A stretch of DNA of 35,462 nucleotides from Octopus bimaculoides (lineage: Eukaryota). This document shows, one piece after another, positions 1-10,877 of this stretch (its first letter is position 1; each line of letters starts with the position of its first letter). Position numbers and translations under genes: made by a program. Below the pieces are notes generated by a model. That model saw only the letters and a list, made by a program, of their open reading frames with translations, was not told the DNA's origin and searched no databases. The stretch covers positions 121,064,724 to 121,100,185 of the forward strand of contig NC_068981.1 of assembly GCF_001194135.2 (NCBI RefSeq), given 5' to 3'.

Positions 1-412
1 AAAACTTTCAAAATACAAAGACCTGGAAATAGAGATAACTCGAATGTGGAATCTAAAAACAGAAACAATTCCTATCATAGTAGGTGCCTTAGGTATAATA
101 AAAAAATATTCAGACAAATACATAACAAAAACACCAGGACTTACAAATATATATAACATACAGAAAATTGCACTACTGGGTACTGCACACATTCTACGCA
201 AAACACTTTCAATACAGTAAACATAAGAGCACCACAGCAAACCACAGCACATACCCAAGGCGCACAGAGCTGCGCTCGGTAGTGAAGTGAAAGCACGTTA
301 TAAAAATAAAACTACTGAATAATAATAATAATAATAATGATGATGATGATAATAATGATAATGATAATAATATTAATCGACGACGATGACGACGGCGATG
401 ATGATGATGATA
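1..412 (+). mobile_element. 3' end of an R4/Dong-clade non-LTR retrotransposon: RLE C-terminus (2-220), 3' UTR and (TAA)n/(GAT)n tail
   Basis: Frame 2 reads KLSKYKDLEIEITRMWNLKTETIPIIVGALG...IQKIALLGTAHILRKTLSIQ* (stop 218-220). This is the KxxKY..L / P(I/V)(I/V)(V/I)GALG end typical of restriction-like endonuclease LINEs. A (AAT)n run starts at about 318. Not in the ORF track because there is no ATG. Confidence 0.88.
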
Positions 413-776
413 TTAACAATAATTGTAATTATTATTGTTATATTGCTAAAAATTAGTTTTACATTTCTAACAAAACATTATTATTTCTTGCAGGCAAAAA
501 CATTTATTGTCTCTATTACTCAGTCATGCATTGTAGGGCAAAAACATATCATTGTTTTCGTTTCTCTTTGCCAGAATATGAAAATTGTTCCAGTGCAAGA
601 TGCTAATCATCAAAAGAGAAGAGGAAAAAGTAAAAAGAGAAAAAATAAAACCAAAACCAGGAATATACATATATATATATTAACATGCTTGTATCTACCT
701 TCGAACATTTGTGATGTTCTTAAAATAAGCTTTCAGTTGAAGGGCAAAGAGTAACATTAAGCGAAGTAGTAGGCAG

Positions 777-960
777 AGATAGATAGATAGATAGATAGAT
801 GGATAGATATAGCTAGAGAGAGAGAGAGAGATAGAGAGAGAGGGGGAAGGATACAGATGATAGAGAAGGAGGGAGGGAGAAGTGAGAGCGAAGTAGAGGA
901 GAGATAGAGAGAGGGATACGAATGGGAGAGAGATAAAAGGTGACAGAGAAGGGAAAAAGC
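777..960. repeat. (GATA)n/(GA)n microsatellite and purine-rich tract
   Basis: Direct reading. Confidence 0.9.
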
Positions 961-2804
961 TGTTTCATTGAGGTATGAGATAACGGTTAGAAAAAGGAGA
1001 AATAAGGAACGCTGTATTGACATATAATAATCACAAGCACAAATACATGTGATATACTGTAGTAGTCTGTTGCTAAAGATATGTTATAGAGATGTTGGTT
1101 AATTGAGTTGACAGTATTGGTAAGGAAGGGATAGCGAAGAATGCTTGCTTTATCTTACTGAACTAAAATCTACTTTTTTTATAATCCTCATTCCTTTATC
1201 GTAGAGCAATGAATTGTTAGAACGATCACAAGAGCAGTCGTGTAACTAATGGAGGAGCAAGGGAAGCAACCGTTCCTCCCGAGCATATTTTTCAAAATTG
1301 GCGCCTTTTCAACAATTATTTTTTAATTCTTTAGTTCATTTGTGCAATAAAAGTCGAATCACTTTTGCTTATTGTTAATCGCATGGCCTTGGAAGAACGT
1401 TCTGGAGTCATTAATTTATTTGACTAACCTCCCGTGTTTTTGAACTGTGTACTCAATCTCCTGTGATGCGTCGGTGGCCGCTGACATCTGAAGAACGAAA
1501 ACAAACCCTGGCTTTATAACCTCTCGACACTGGATAATCATGTGGAGTTTCATTTTTTCATGTCACACCTATATCAATAGTTGTAAGTTTCGTACATAAT
1601 AACATTGTTACTGAAACACGAAATTAATGAACGTTGATTACAATTACGTATTAGTTATAATAACTAATAAAATATTTCATGTAATATAAGAGAAATGAGT
1701 TAAAGATTGCATGGTATGTATCTCAGCGCCATTTTTTATATGCTCGCTCCCACTAACGTTAGAACCAGGCCTCTGCAGAAGAGCCACAGTGAAAGAGAGA
1801 AAATAGGAATTACAGAAACGCAGTGCATATTTACAACAATCGAAGGAAAGAGTTCAAGAAAACAGAATAAGTATTATGACTTAGTTCTTTAAGAACGGTG
1901 GAATTTCCATGTGTTTAGCTACTCGTTATATTAATTCAAGTTTTAGGTTATACTAAGAAATGTAACTCAGTATAAGTGAGAGTTGGTAGTCATGATAATG
2001 CTGTCGGCATTACTATGGTAAAAAGGAAATGAGAAAGAGAGAAAGAAGGAGGGAGGAAAGGAGTGTGCACAGGAGATAAAGACGTTTTCTGTTATATTGG
2101 ATGTGTTTCGTCTTTGTACCTTGTAAGATTCTTGATGCGAACTCGTATGTTGCAACATCTTGTTATGTCTAGGGAGGGTCTATGCGAATGGCGATGAAAG
2201 GACTTTAACAAACAACTGCTCGATTGTTTAACCAGCAGATTAAACAAACGACCAATTAGTTAATTGGTCAGATGACTAAACAATTGACTAAGAATAAAGA
2301 AGTGAAATTGAACCAGTACATGTTTATTATTAATGGCATAACAACCCTCCATAAATACTACAAGATTGATTGCGTTTGCTACTGATGGTAGTGGTGTTGC
2401 CATCACCAGCACAATAATGACTACCAACATTATATATTTTTATGATAGCTTTTGTTGTTTGTAAAAATATCTCAATGCTGTTGAAAAAAATTTCAAAGAC
2501 ACACATACCCACGCATACATTATTTGAACTTTCATTTACCAGTTTATAATAGAACCTAACTATGGGTATTTACTTTAGTTAAGACATTTACACCAATTTT
2601 AGCACAAAATAGAAACTGGTCAAATTTCTATAAAATAAATGAAAATCATTTAAATTGAACAATTCGTTGTTCTGTCAAATATAAAAAATTTTTTGAAAAT
2701 TAGCTAACATTCGAATTGAAATTGTGAAGTATTATTTTAATATAAGTGTCTCTAATTTAGGTACGTGGCCAGCAGTTTTATGAGGGTGTGGTTAGCCTAT
2801 TATA

Positions 2805-2992
2805 TCCTTTCTACAAGACTTGAAATTTTGGGAGTGGGAGCCAGTCAATTACATCGATTCTGATGCTCAACTGGCGCTGATTTTTCGACTCCTTAAGGAT
2901 GAAGAGCCAAGCTGACCTCAATGGAATTTGAACCCAAAATATTAAGACGAATGAAATGCTGCGAAGTATTTCGCCTGTCTTCACTTAATGTT
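2805..2992 (-). mobile_element. tRNA-derived SINE family A, degenerate copy 1
   Basis: Diverged match to the clean copy at 3361-3595 (tcgactccttaaggatgaa...gaatttgaaccc). Confidence 0.7.
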
Positions 2993-3001
2993 AACATTAA
3001 G

Positions 3002-3168
3002 TATTCAACTGGTACTTACTTTATTAATCCCGAAAGGATGAAAGGCAAAATCAACTGATACTTATTTTATTGATTATGAAAAGACGAAAGGTGAAGGTGA
3101 CCTCGGCAAAATTTGAACTCAGAACGTTAAACTAGAAGAAATGCAGTTAAATGTTCTGCCCAGCATAT
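3002..3168 (-). mobile_element. SINE family A copy 2, with partial internal duplication of the core
   Basis: Core ctggtacttactttattaatcccgaaaggatgaaaggcaaa followed by a second degenerate core and atttgaactcagaacgt. Confidence 0.75.
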
Positions 3169-3170
3169 TC

Positions 3171-3360
3171 TTTTCTACTCTAGACACAAGGCTCAAAATT
3201 TTTGGGGAGAGGACCAGCCGATTAGATCGACCCCAGAACGCAACTCATACTTAATTTATCGACCTCGAAAGGATGAAAGGCAAAGTCGACTTCGGCGGAA
3301 TTTGAACTCAGAACATAAAGACAGACGAAATACCACTAAGCATTTCACCCGGCGTGCTAA
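3171..3360 (-). mobile_element. SINE family A copy 3, head truncated in the A box
   Basis: atcgacctcgaaaggatgaaaggcaaagtcgacttcggcggaatttgaactcagaac. The minus strand has the B box GAGTTCAAATTCC. Confidence 0.85.
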
Positions 3361-3595
3361 GTTTCTTATTTCTTTATTGCTCACAAGGGGCTAAACATAG
3401 AGGGGACAAACAAGGACAGACAAAGGGATTAAGTCGATTGCATCGACCCCAGTGCGTAACTGGTACTTAATTTATCGACCCCGAAAGGATGAAAGGCAAA
3501 GTTGACCTCGGCGGAATTTGAACTCAGAACGTAACGTCAGGCGAAATACCGCTAAGCATTTCGTCCAGCGTACTAACGTTTCTGCCAGCACGCGT
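3361..3595 (-). mobile_element. SINE family A copy 4, near full length
   Basis: Minus strand: TGGCAGAAACGTTAG (A-box-like), GAGTTCAAATTCC (B box), central GCCTTTCATCCTTTCGGGGTCGATAAATTAAGTACCAG, tail ...AATAAAGAAATAAGAAAC. The central segment resembles the Deu/Nin SINE domain from memory and needs alignment. Confidence 0.88.
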
Positions 3596-3669
3596 CTTGT
3601 TCTACCCAGCATATTAATGATTCTGTCAGCTCACCGTCCGCCTTTGGTTAGCCTATTAAATCAGTTACA

Positions 3670-3845
3670 AATTTTGGCTCAAGGCCGGTAATTTTGGAGG
3701 AAGGAGTAAGCCGATTACGTCTACCCCCAGTGCTCAGCTGGTACTTATTTTATCGACTCCGAAAGGATGAAAGGTAAAGAGGACCTCGGTGGCATTTGAA
3801 CTCAGAGCGTAAAGATGAACGAAATGCCTCTAGGCATTTTCCCCA
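3670..3845 (-). mobile_element. SINE family A copy 5
   Basis: ctggtacttattttatcgactccgaaaggatgaaaggtaaag...atttgaactcagagcgtaaag. Confidence 0.82.
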
Positions 3846-3996
3846 CGTAGTAGGACTGAAACCGGAACTATGTGGTTGGTTAGCAACTATGTGGCTGGTT
3901 AGCAAAACATATCTATAAGCAAAGGCATATATAGGTATCTATAAACAAAGACATATATAGGTATCCACGTACATATTTATACGCACGTAATACTTC

Positions 3997-4043
<47 letters not shown>

Positions 4044-4533
4044 NNNNNNNNNNNNNNNNNNNNNNNNNNNNNNNNNNNNNNNNNNNNNNNNNNNNNNNNN
4101 NNNNNNNNNNNNNNNNNNNNNNNNNNNNNNNNNNNNNNNNNNNNNNNNNNNNNNNNNNNNNNNNNNNNNNNNNNNNNNNNNNNNNNNNNNNNNNNNNNNN
4201 NNNNNNNNNNNNNNNNNNNNNNNNNNNNNNNNNNNNNNNNNNNNNNNNNNNNNNNNNNNNNNNNNNNNNNNNNNNNNNNNNNNNNNNNNNNNNNNNNNNN
4301 NNNNNNATATATATATAAGTATGTATGTATGTATGTTTGTATGCATGTATGTATGCATGTATATATGTATGTTCGTATTTATGTAGGCATGTACGTATGC
4401 ATGCATGTAGTATGTATGCATGTAGTATATATGCATGTATGTATGCATGTATGTATGTATGCATGTATGTATATGTGTGTGTATGAATTATATATATATA
4501 TATATATACAGTATATATATAAATAAATAGTTA

Positions 4534-4936
4534 TAGGCGCAGGTATTGCTGATGGCTCTGTGGTAAGAAGCTCGTTTCTCAACCACATGGTCCCGGGTTC
4601 AGTCCCACTGCGTAGCACCTTGAGCATTTGTTTTCTACTATAGACTCGGCCAACAAAACCTTTGTAAGTGGATTTGGCGTCGGAAATTGAAAGAAGCTCG
4701 TCGTATATATATATATATATATATACGTGTGTGTGTGTGTGTGTGTGTGTGTGCGTCTGCTTGTTCCACGCCACCGCTTGATAACCTGTGTTGTTGTGTT
4801 TACTCCCCAGTTCGGCAAAAGAGACGTATAGAATGAGTTCTAGGCTTAAAAATAAGTCCTGGTGTCGATTTGATCGACTGGAAAAACCTTCGAGGCGGTA
4901 CCCCAGCATGGCCGCAGTCAAATGACTGAAACAGTA
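4534..4936 (+). mobile_element. tRNA-derived SINE family B, near full length, with internal (TA)n(GT)n
   Basis: Head gtggtaagaagc...gggttcagtcccactg (A/B boxes), then accttgagcatttgttttctactatag, tttgtaagtggatttgg...gaaagaagctcgtcg, microsatellite, and 3' cagcatggccgcagtcaaatgactgaaaca. Matching copies occur elsewhere in the window. Confidence 0.88.
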
Positions 4937-6463
4937 TCATTGATACAATCTCAAAGAATTTAGGTTATNNNNNNNNNNNNNNNNNNNNNNNNNNNNNNNN
5001 NNNNNNNNNNNNNNNNNNNNNNNNNNNNNNNNNNNNNNNNNNNNNNNNNNNNNNNNNNNNNNNNNNNNNNNNNNNNNNNNNNNNNNNNNNNNNNNNNNNN
5101 NNNNNNNNNNNNNNNNNNNNNNNNNNNNNNNNNNNNNNNNNNNNNNNNNNNNNNNNNNNNNNNNNNNNNNNNNNNNNNNNNNNNNNNNNNNNNNNNNNNN
5201 NNNNNNNNNNNNNNNNNNNNNNNNNNNNNNNNNNNNNNNNNNNNNNNNNNNNNNNNNNNNNNNNNNNNNNNNNNNNNNNNNNNNNNNNNNNNNNNNNNNN
5301 NNNNNNNNNNNNNNNNNNNNNNNNNNNNNNNNNNNNNNNNNNNNNNNNNNNNNNNNNNNNNNNNNNNNNNNNNNNNNNNNNNNNNNNNNNNNNNNNNNNN
5401 NNNNNNNNNNNNNNNNNNNNNNNNNNNNNNNNNNNNNNNNNNNNNNNNNNNNNNNNNNNNNNNNNNNNNNNNNNNNNNNNNNNNNNNNNNNNNNNNNNNN
5501 NNNNNNNNNNNNNNNCACACACACACACACACACGCTTAAATTCTGACGCAGCATTCTAAATTTTTGTTGATAAAATTACACTGTAATATGATTGAAGAA
5601 TTTCTGTGCTTGACAAATAACGACTTTCGCTTCAAAGACAAAAAAGGAATAATTCAGAAACATAATTATATAATAATATTAACAGAATGACGTTTGAAAT
5701 ATTCAGACAGAAAAAAAAATGGCAATAATGAAGTGTTCAATAAAAGGCAAAAAGAAAGGTAAAATATTCAAAAATAGAATCGAAGGTAATAGAAAATTCC
5801 ATGATGGAACTATTTCGATTCCGAAAATTATTAGCACTGTTACATGTTTTTGAAAAGATTTTTATCTCCAGATTAAATGTCAAAATATTGAAGGAAAAAA
5901 AACCCAACAAAACCTTATCAAAACAACAAAAAGCAACTAGCAACACAAATACCCACGCTTTAAACGAATTCCTTTAAAACAAAGCTATAAACAAGCAAAC
6001 GAAAACCAAATTGATTAAAATGACTGTACTTGATGATATAAGACTGTTTTCTATTTATACTTGTTCGAAATCAGCAGACAGATTGAATGGCGAATATGTA
6101 AAAGAAGATTAAAAAAAAATAAAATAAAACAAAACTATAGACATGAGAGTCAAGACATCTCATGAAATTATATCTTTTACTTGAGAAATGTCTGATTCTC
6201 TACTCAAGATCTTCAACAATTAAAGAATTTGGTTTCTCGATATATTTTCTTTTGGTTCTTACGTGTACATACATTCATATTATGTACCAGCTATAGCTAT
6301 ATGCATACATACATATATGCATACATACAGCCATATATGCATACATACATGTCTATGTGTATAATCATGTATATCTATGCACGTAAATATATATGTGTAT
6401 ATACAAATATGTATATATACATATGCTCACACACGCACATTCATAGTTACATATATAAGTATA

Positions 6464-6667
6464 TACAGGGTTATTCAAAAAGAATGAACCGATTTCATTA
6501 TGCAATATTTTAATAAGGAAAAGCAATAGAAAACTCCAGCTAAGTTACAAGTATTTACTCACAATCAACTTTTATTTCCTGTCTTACAAGTGTTCAGGCC
6601 ACCACCTGCAGTACGGGCAACATCAATGCGATAAGAGAATTCCTCCCAGACGCGTATCAGTATATCA
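6464..6667 (-). mobile_element. Tc1/mariner 3' end: TA-flanked TIR plus transposase C-terminus
   Basis: TA-CAGGGTTATTCAAAAAGAATGAACCG terminus at about 6464. The minus strand encodes DRDILIRVWEEFSYRIDVARTAGGG, typical of Tc1/mariner C-termini. Confidence 0.75.
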
Positions 6668-6803
6668 CGATCCACTGAGTACTTCTTTGGCTGTCTGGTT
6701 GAATGCTTTATCGAAGTTTTCCATTTCCCTTCTATGTCAATATCTTCTGGAATCGCCTCAAGAAAAGCAAATTTATTCTTTAGTTCCATAATGAACTTAC
6801 TTT
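6668..6803 (-). mobile_element. LINE fragment (APE-RT linker, RTE-like) between inverted Tc1 arms
   Basis: Minus strand FIMELKNKFAFLE...DIEGKWK, plus shifted TAKEVL, resembles the ELKNRFxxL...DIExxW...AKEVLG linker of RTE-type LINEs. Confidence 0.55.
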
Positions 6804-6898
6804 TGATATGCTGATACGCGTCTGGGAGGAATTCTCTTATCGCATTGATGTTGCCCATGATGCAGGTGGTGGCCACATTGAACACTTGTACGACAGGA
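6804..6898 (+). mobile_element. Inverted second copy of the Tc1/mariner transposase C-terminus
   Basis: Reverse complement of 6577-6667 with few differences. Reads DMLIRVWEEFSYRIDVAHDAGGGHIEHL. Confidence 0.85.
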
Positions 6899-6991
6899 GG
6901 TCGAAGAAATAAGTACCAGTTGAGCACTGGTCTCAATGTTATCGACTTAACCCCCTCCCCCGAAATTGCTGGCCTACTGCCAAAATTTGAA
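6897..6991 (+). mobile_element. SINE family A, 3' half
   Basis: ggtcgaagaaataagtaccagttgagcactgg...atcgacttaaccccctcccccgaaattgctggcc. Confidence 0.75.
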
Positions 6992-7034
6992 TACACGCAT
7001 GCACACACATATTTACATCTACATACATACATAC

Positions 7035-7065
<31 letters not shown>

Positions 7066-7087
7066 TGTATGTATGTATGTATGTATG

Positions 7088-7128
<41 letters not shown>

Positions 7129-7242
7129 GGGACAAAAATGCAATAGAAGACAATAAGACATACGGACAGACAGGCGATACAAAGGCGGACAGGAGAAGCA
7201 ACAAATGGAAGGACGGGGAAAAAAAAAGATGGGTCATTCGTG

Positions 7243-7317
7243 GCCTTCTTTCTTCAGTCAAGATACCAGATGTCCCTACAGTTTCGGGCAGTTACACTTG
7301 AGATAGTTCGATCTGGT
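7243..7317 (-). ncRNA. Permuted hammerhead-like motif, degenerate (version 2)
   Basis: Minus-strand order: AUC (7304-7302), stem I UCAAG (7301-7297), GAAA (7285-7282), stem I' CUUGA (7262-7258) directly followed by CUGAAGA (7257-7251). Proximal stem III has mismatches. Confidence 0.45.
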
Positions 7318-7905
7318 TGCCCCCCAAATAGTCTAAGCTAAGAGCATTAGATTTTTTGTAAGAAAGCTAGCGAATGTGTACCGCAGCAAAGAAAAAAACT
7401 GAGAGCATGGTATACATAGTATAACAACAGGTGTCTTTCGACTGAGAACGAATCAAATTGAGCTGGCGTGTATGAAGGGAAAGCCTAAAGGCAGGAACAT
7501 AGGGGATAAACATAAGAGGTGTTGGCGGTCGGCAGTCAGGCCAAGAAAGAAAGATCATGGCTCGCCGGACACCGGTCATGTGGTAGGAGGAGAGAAGGGT
7601 AGGGTCAGTGGGATTGAAGGATTAGAAAAAGATCGAAGAGATAAAGGAAAAGGTACAGGGGAGATAAACGAGGAGGAAAAGAAAGAAAGAGAAGGCCAAG
7701 NNNNNNNNNNNNNNNNNNNNNNNNNNNNNNNNNNNNNNNNNNNNNNNNNNNNNNNNNNNNNNNNNNNNNNNNNNNNNNNNNNNNNNNNNNNNNNNNNNNN
7801 NNNNNNNNNNNNNNNNNNNNNNNNNNNNNNNNNNNNNNNNNNNNNNNNNNNNNNNNNNNNNNNNNNNNNNNNNNNNNNNNNNNNNNNNNNNNNNNNNNNN
7901 NNNNN

Positions 7906-7936
<31 letters not shown>

Positions 7937-8227
7937 CATACACACAAACACACAACACACGCAGATACTCTAAATATATATATATATGAGCATCAGATAC
8001 ACGAATAAACATTTATAATTACATGAACAAAAACCATATAAACCTATATACATGTACAGTATACATTGCACATCTAAATATATGTATATACATATTCTCA
8101 CATATAAGCATCAACATGTGTACGTACATCCACACACACATAAAATGTATGTATATATTTATATAAACATATATATATATATATGTGTGTGTGTGTATGC
8201 ATATAATAAATAGATATGTATATATGA

Positions 8228-8288
<61 letters not shown>

Positions 8289-8384
8289 AGTAATGGTAAG
8301 ACATCAAAAGAATGAATGAGACCTCGATATTATGGAAATAGAAGAATTTATCTGTAATATAATATGTGACAACCACACCCACGT

Positions 8385-8815
8385 ACATGTGCCTATATGC
8401 TCGTTCAAACTCGCGTGAAACACATACATGCATATATGCGCCTATATATGCACATATATATGCAACCATGCATGTACACGTATGCATACCCACCACGCGC
8501 GCGCGCGCACACACGTGCACACACACGTGCACATACCCACACGCGCGTAATTATATTCAAATACACGTCTAAGATACGAACATGCTATATATGCATATGC
8601 TCACTCACACTCGCGTGAAACACATTCGTGTACACCTACATATATATGCAACCATACACATGTACATATACACGTACATATATACATACCCACACACACA
8701 CACACACGATGTTCACATATGCATATCTGCACACACGCGCGCACACACACGCGCGCACACACACGTGCACGTACCCATACGCGCAAAATTATATTCAAAT
8801 ACATTTCTAAAATAT
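8385..8815. repeat. Two diverged tandem units (about 200-240 bp) of RY-rich sequence
   Basis: Both units contain actcgcgtgaaacacat, tatatatgcaaccat, cacacacgtgcac and aattatattcaaataca. Confidence 0.75.
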
Positions 8816-9021
8816 GCGCGATATAGGCGCATATATATGTGCATATACATGCACGCTTACGTGATTTCTATGAGTATTTTTACTTCCTTACTTGTTTACT
8901 TTCTCTCCTTCAGCTCTTCCCCCTTATTTAACGGTCATACTAATTCCTTTTTTGTCTTAATAACGGTCAATTACATAGTAATTTCCCTTTGTTTAACGGT
9001 CATTTTCATAGCAATATTTGA

Positions 9022-9096
9022 TTGCCTCGATAACTGACGAGATGCCGGAGCAGTTTACCGCCCCGAAATCCGATACTCGGAGTCTTAAAATGGCAA
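9022..9096 (+). ncRNA. Type I hammerhead ribozyme, partly decayed
   Basis: CUGACGA 9034-9040 and GAAA 9065-9068. Stem III UCCGA-UAC-UCGGA with G9082 unpaired. GUC site 9082-9084. Stem I is UAA/UUA, a 4x4 internal loop, then UUGCC/GGCAA. Stem II keeps G9041-C9064 and GC.GG/CCGC. Confidence 0.7.
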
Positions 9097-10071
9097 CCGA
9101 ATAATTGTCACATATTATATTACAGATAAATTCCCCTATTCACATGATATCGAGGTCTCATTCATTCTTTAGCTCTCTTACCATTATTATTAATATATAT
9201 ATATATATANNNNNNNNNNNNNNNNNNNNNNNNNNNNNNNNNNNNNNNNNNNNNNNNNNNNNNNNNNNNNNNNNNNNNNNNNNNNNNNNNNNNNNNNNNN
9301 NNNNNNNNNNNNNNNNNNNNNNNNNNNNNNNNNNNNNNNNNNNNNNNNNNNNNNNNNNNNNNNNNNNNNNNNNNNNNNNNNNNNNNNNNNNNNNNNNNNN
9401 NNNNNNNNNNNNNNNNNNNNNNNNNNNNNNNNNNNNNNNNNNNNNNNNNNNNNNNNNNNNNNNNNNNNNNNNNNNNNNNNNNNNNNNNNNNNNNNNNNNN
9501 NNNNNNNNNNNNNNNNNNNNNNNNNNNNNNNNNNNNNNNNNNNNNNNNNNNNNNNNNNNNNNNNNNNNNNNNNNNNNNNNNNNNNNNNNNNNNNNNNNNN
9601 NNNNNNNNNNNNNNNNNNNNNNNNNNNNNNNNNNNNNNNNNNNNNNNNNNNNNNNNNNNNNNNNNNNNNNNNNNNNNNNNNNNNNNNNNNNNNNNNNNNN
9701 NNNNNNNNNNNNNNNNNNNNNNNNNNNNNNNNNNNNNNNNNNNNNNNNNNNNNNNNNNNNNNNNNNNNNNNNNNNNNNNNNNNNNNNNNNNNNNNNNNNN
9801 NNNNNNNNNNNNNNNNNNNNNNNNNNNNNNNNNNNNNNNNNNNNNNNNNNNNNNNNNNNNNNNNNNNNNTATATATATATATATATATATATATATCAAG
9901 GGTCCTTTTTGATCCATAAGCTTATGGATCACAATAAGGCCGTTTTCCTGGATTCTCTTCTGTATACATTAAATTCCTGCACGGGATACTGGTCCGTCGC
10001 AAGATTACTCATGTTTGCCAGCTGGTTGGATCGGAGGGACGGAAATAAGTGTTTTGCTGAATGACAAAATG

Positions 10072-10127
10072 CATCGAAACCAGTTTGACTATATTGAGTG
10101 CAAGACTCTAACTACTAAGCCATATGT
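10072..10127 (-). mobile_element. Degenerate tRNA-like SINE head
   Basis: Minus strand atatggcttagtagttagagtc...ggtttcgatgc has A/B-box-like spacing. Confidence 0.4.
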
Positions 10128-10295
10128 CTCCCCAACACGCAAATACACACACACACTCTCTCTCTCACACACATACACAAATGTACATATATATGGTTCA
10201 AAGATATACAAAAAGTATACAAAGAATGTGGGTAGGTGAAAGAACAACAAAGAAGTTATATTAGTTTAATGCTCAGGAAAAATGTATGAAGATTT

Positions 10296-10324
10296 TAACG
10301 TTTCAAGCCTACGCTCTTTTGAAG
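10296..10324 (-). ncRNA. Relic of a minimal PLE-type hammerhead
   Basis: Minus strand AAGAGC-GUAG-GCUU-GAAACGUUA: a short stem II and a self-complementary AACGUU stem III. The CUGANGA box is destroyed. Confidence 0.4.
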
Positions 10325-10777
10325 AAAGAAAGAAGAGAGAGAGAGAGAGAGAACAGATGGAAAGAGAAAAAAATTACAAAAAAAAATTGATGAAAAAAAC
10401 GTATTTTAATTAACGGTTACACATACACGCACACACGCGCACACACACACACACACGTTCTATGAAGTTTAATCGTTATTTAAATTTAATAGACAGCTTT
10501 GCCAATAAATATTACATTGCTAACAGATATATTTATATGATTGAAAGGTAAAAGATGATAACATATTTGTGTATTCAATATTCATATGGGATCATTTCAT
10601 TTATAAAATTGTCTTCTTATTTACTTGACAAAATGTCTCTTAGATGCCATACAGCATATTGAAAAATGTATTTTAATAATGTTTGACATAAACTAATCTC
10701 TTGATTATTTATAGAGGCTGTCTTGTTTCCAAGCAAAAAATCGCAATATAAGTTTGTATGTATTGAATTATACTATC

Positions 10778-10877
10778 ATATATTATATTATATTATATTG
10801 TATTGCATTATATTATATTATATTGTATTATATTATATTATATTATATTATATTATATTGTATTATATTATATTATG
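10778..10877. repeat. (ATATT)n pentanucleotide microsatellite
   Basis: Direct reading. Confidence 0.9.

Larger units (their letters stand above)
8291..9186. mobile_element. Non-coding element bounded by about 82-bp inverted repeats (8291-8372 / 9105-9186)
   Basis: The reverse complement of the left arm matches the right arm, e.g. ttgtcacatattatattacagataaattc...atatcgaggtctcattcattcttt...cttaccatta. Both ends abut AT-rich microsatellite. Confidence 0.75.

Noticed and set aside
1420-1478. Possible small minus-strand exon with a good polypyrimidine acceptor
   Set aside because: 59 nt, no recognisable peptide and no supporting exons.
1488-1500. CUGAAGA-AC-GAAA, a minimal hammerhead-like core
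   Set aside because: No stem III complement could be found.
3361-3595. tRNA genes at SINE heads
   Set aside because: A/B boxes are present, but there is no full cloverleaf and the heads continue into SINE bodies.
2805-3845. CRISPR-like or prokaryotic repeat array
   Set aside because: Units are long, diverged SINE copies in eukaryotic DNA, with no constant repeat-spacer period and no cas genes.
6565-7182. 205-aa minus-strand ORF as a novel chimeric gene
   Set aside because: An accidental read-through of microsatellite, SINE, antisense Tc1, LINE and Tc1 pieces.
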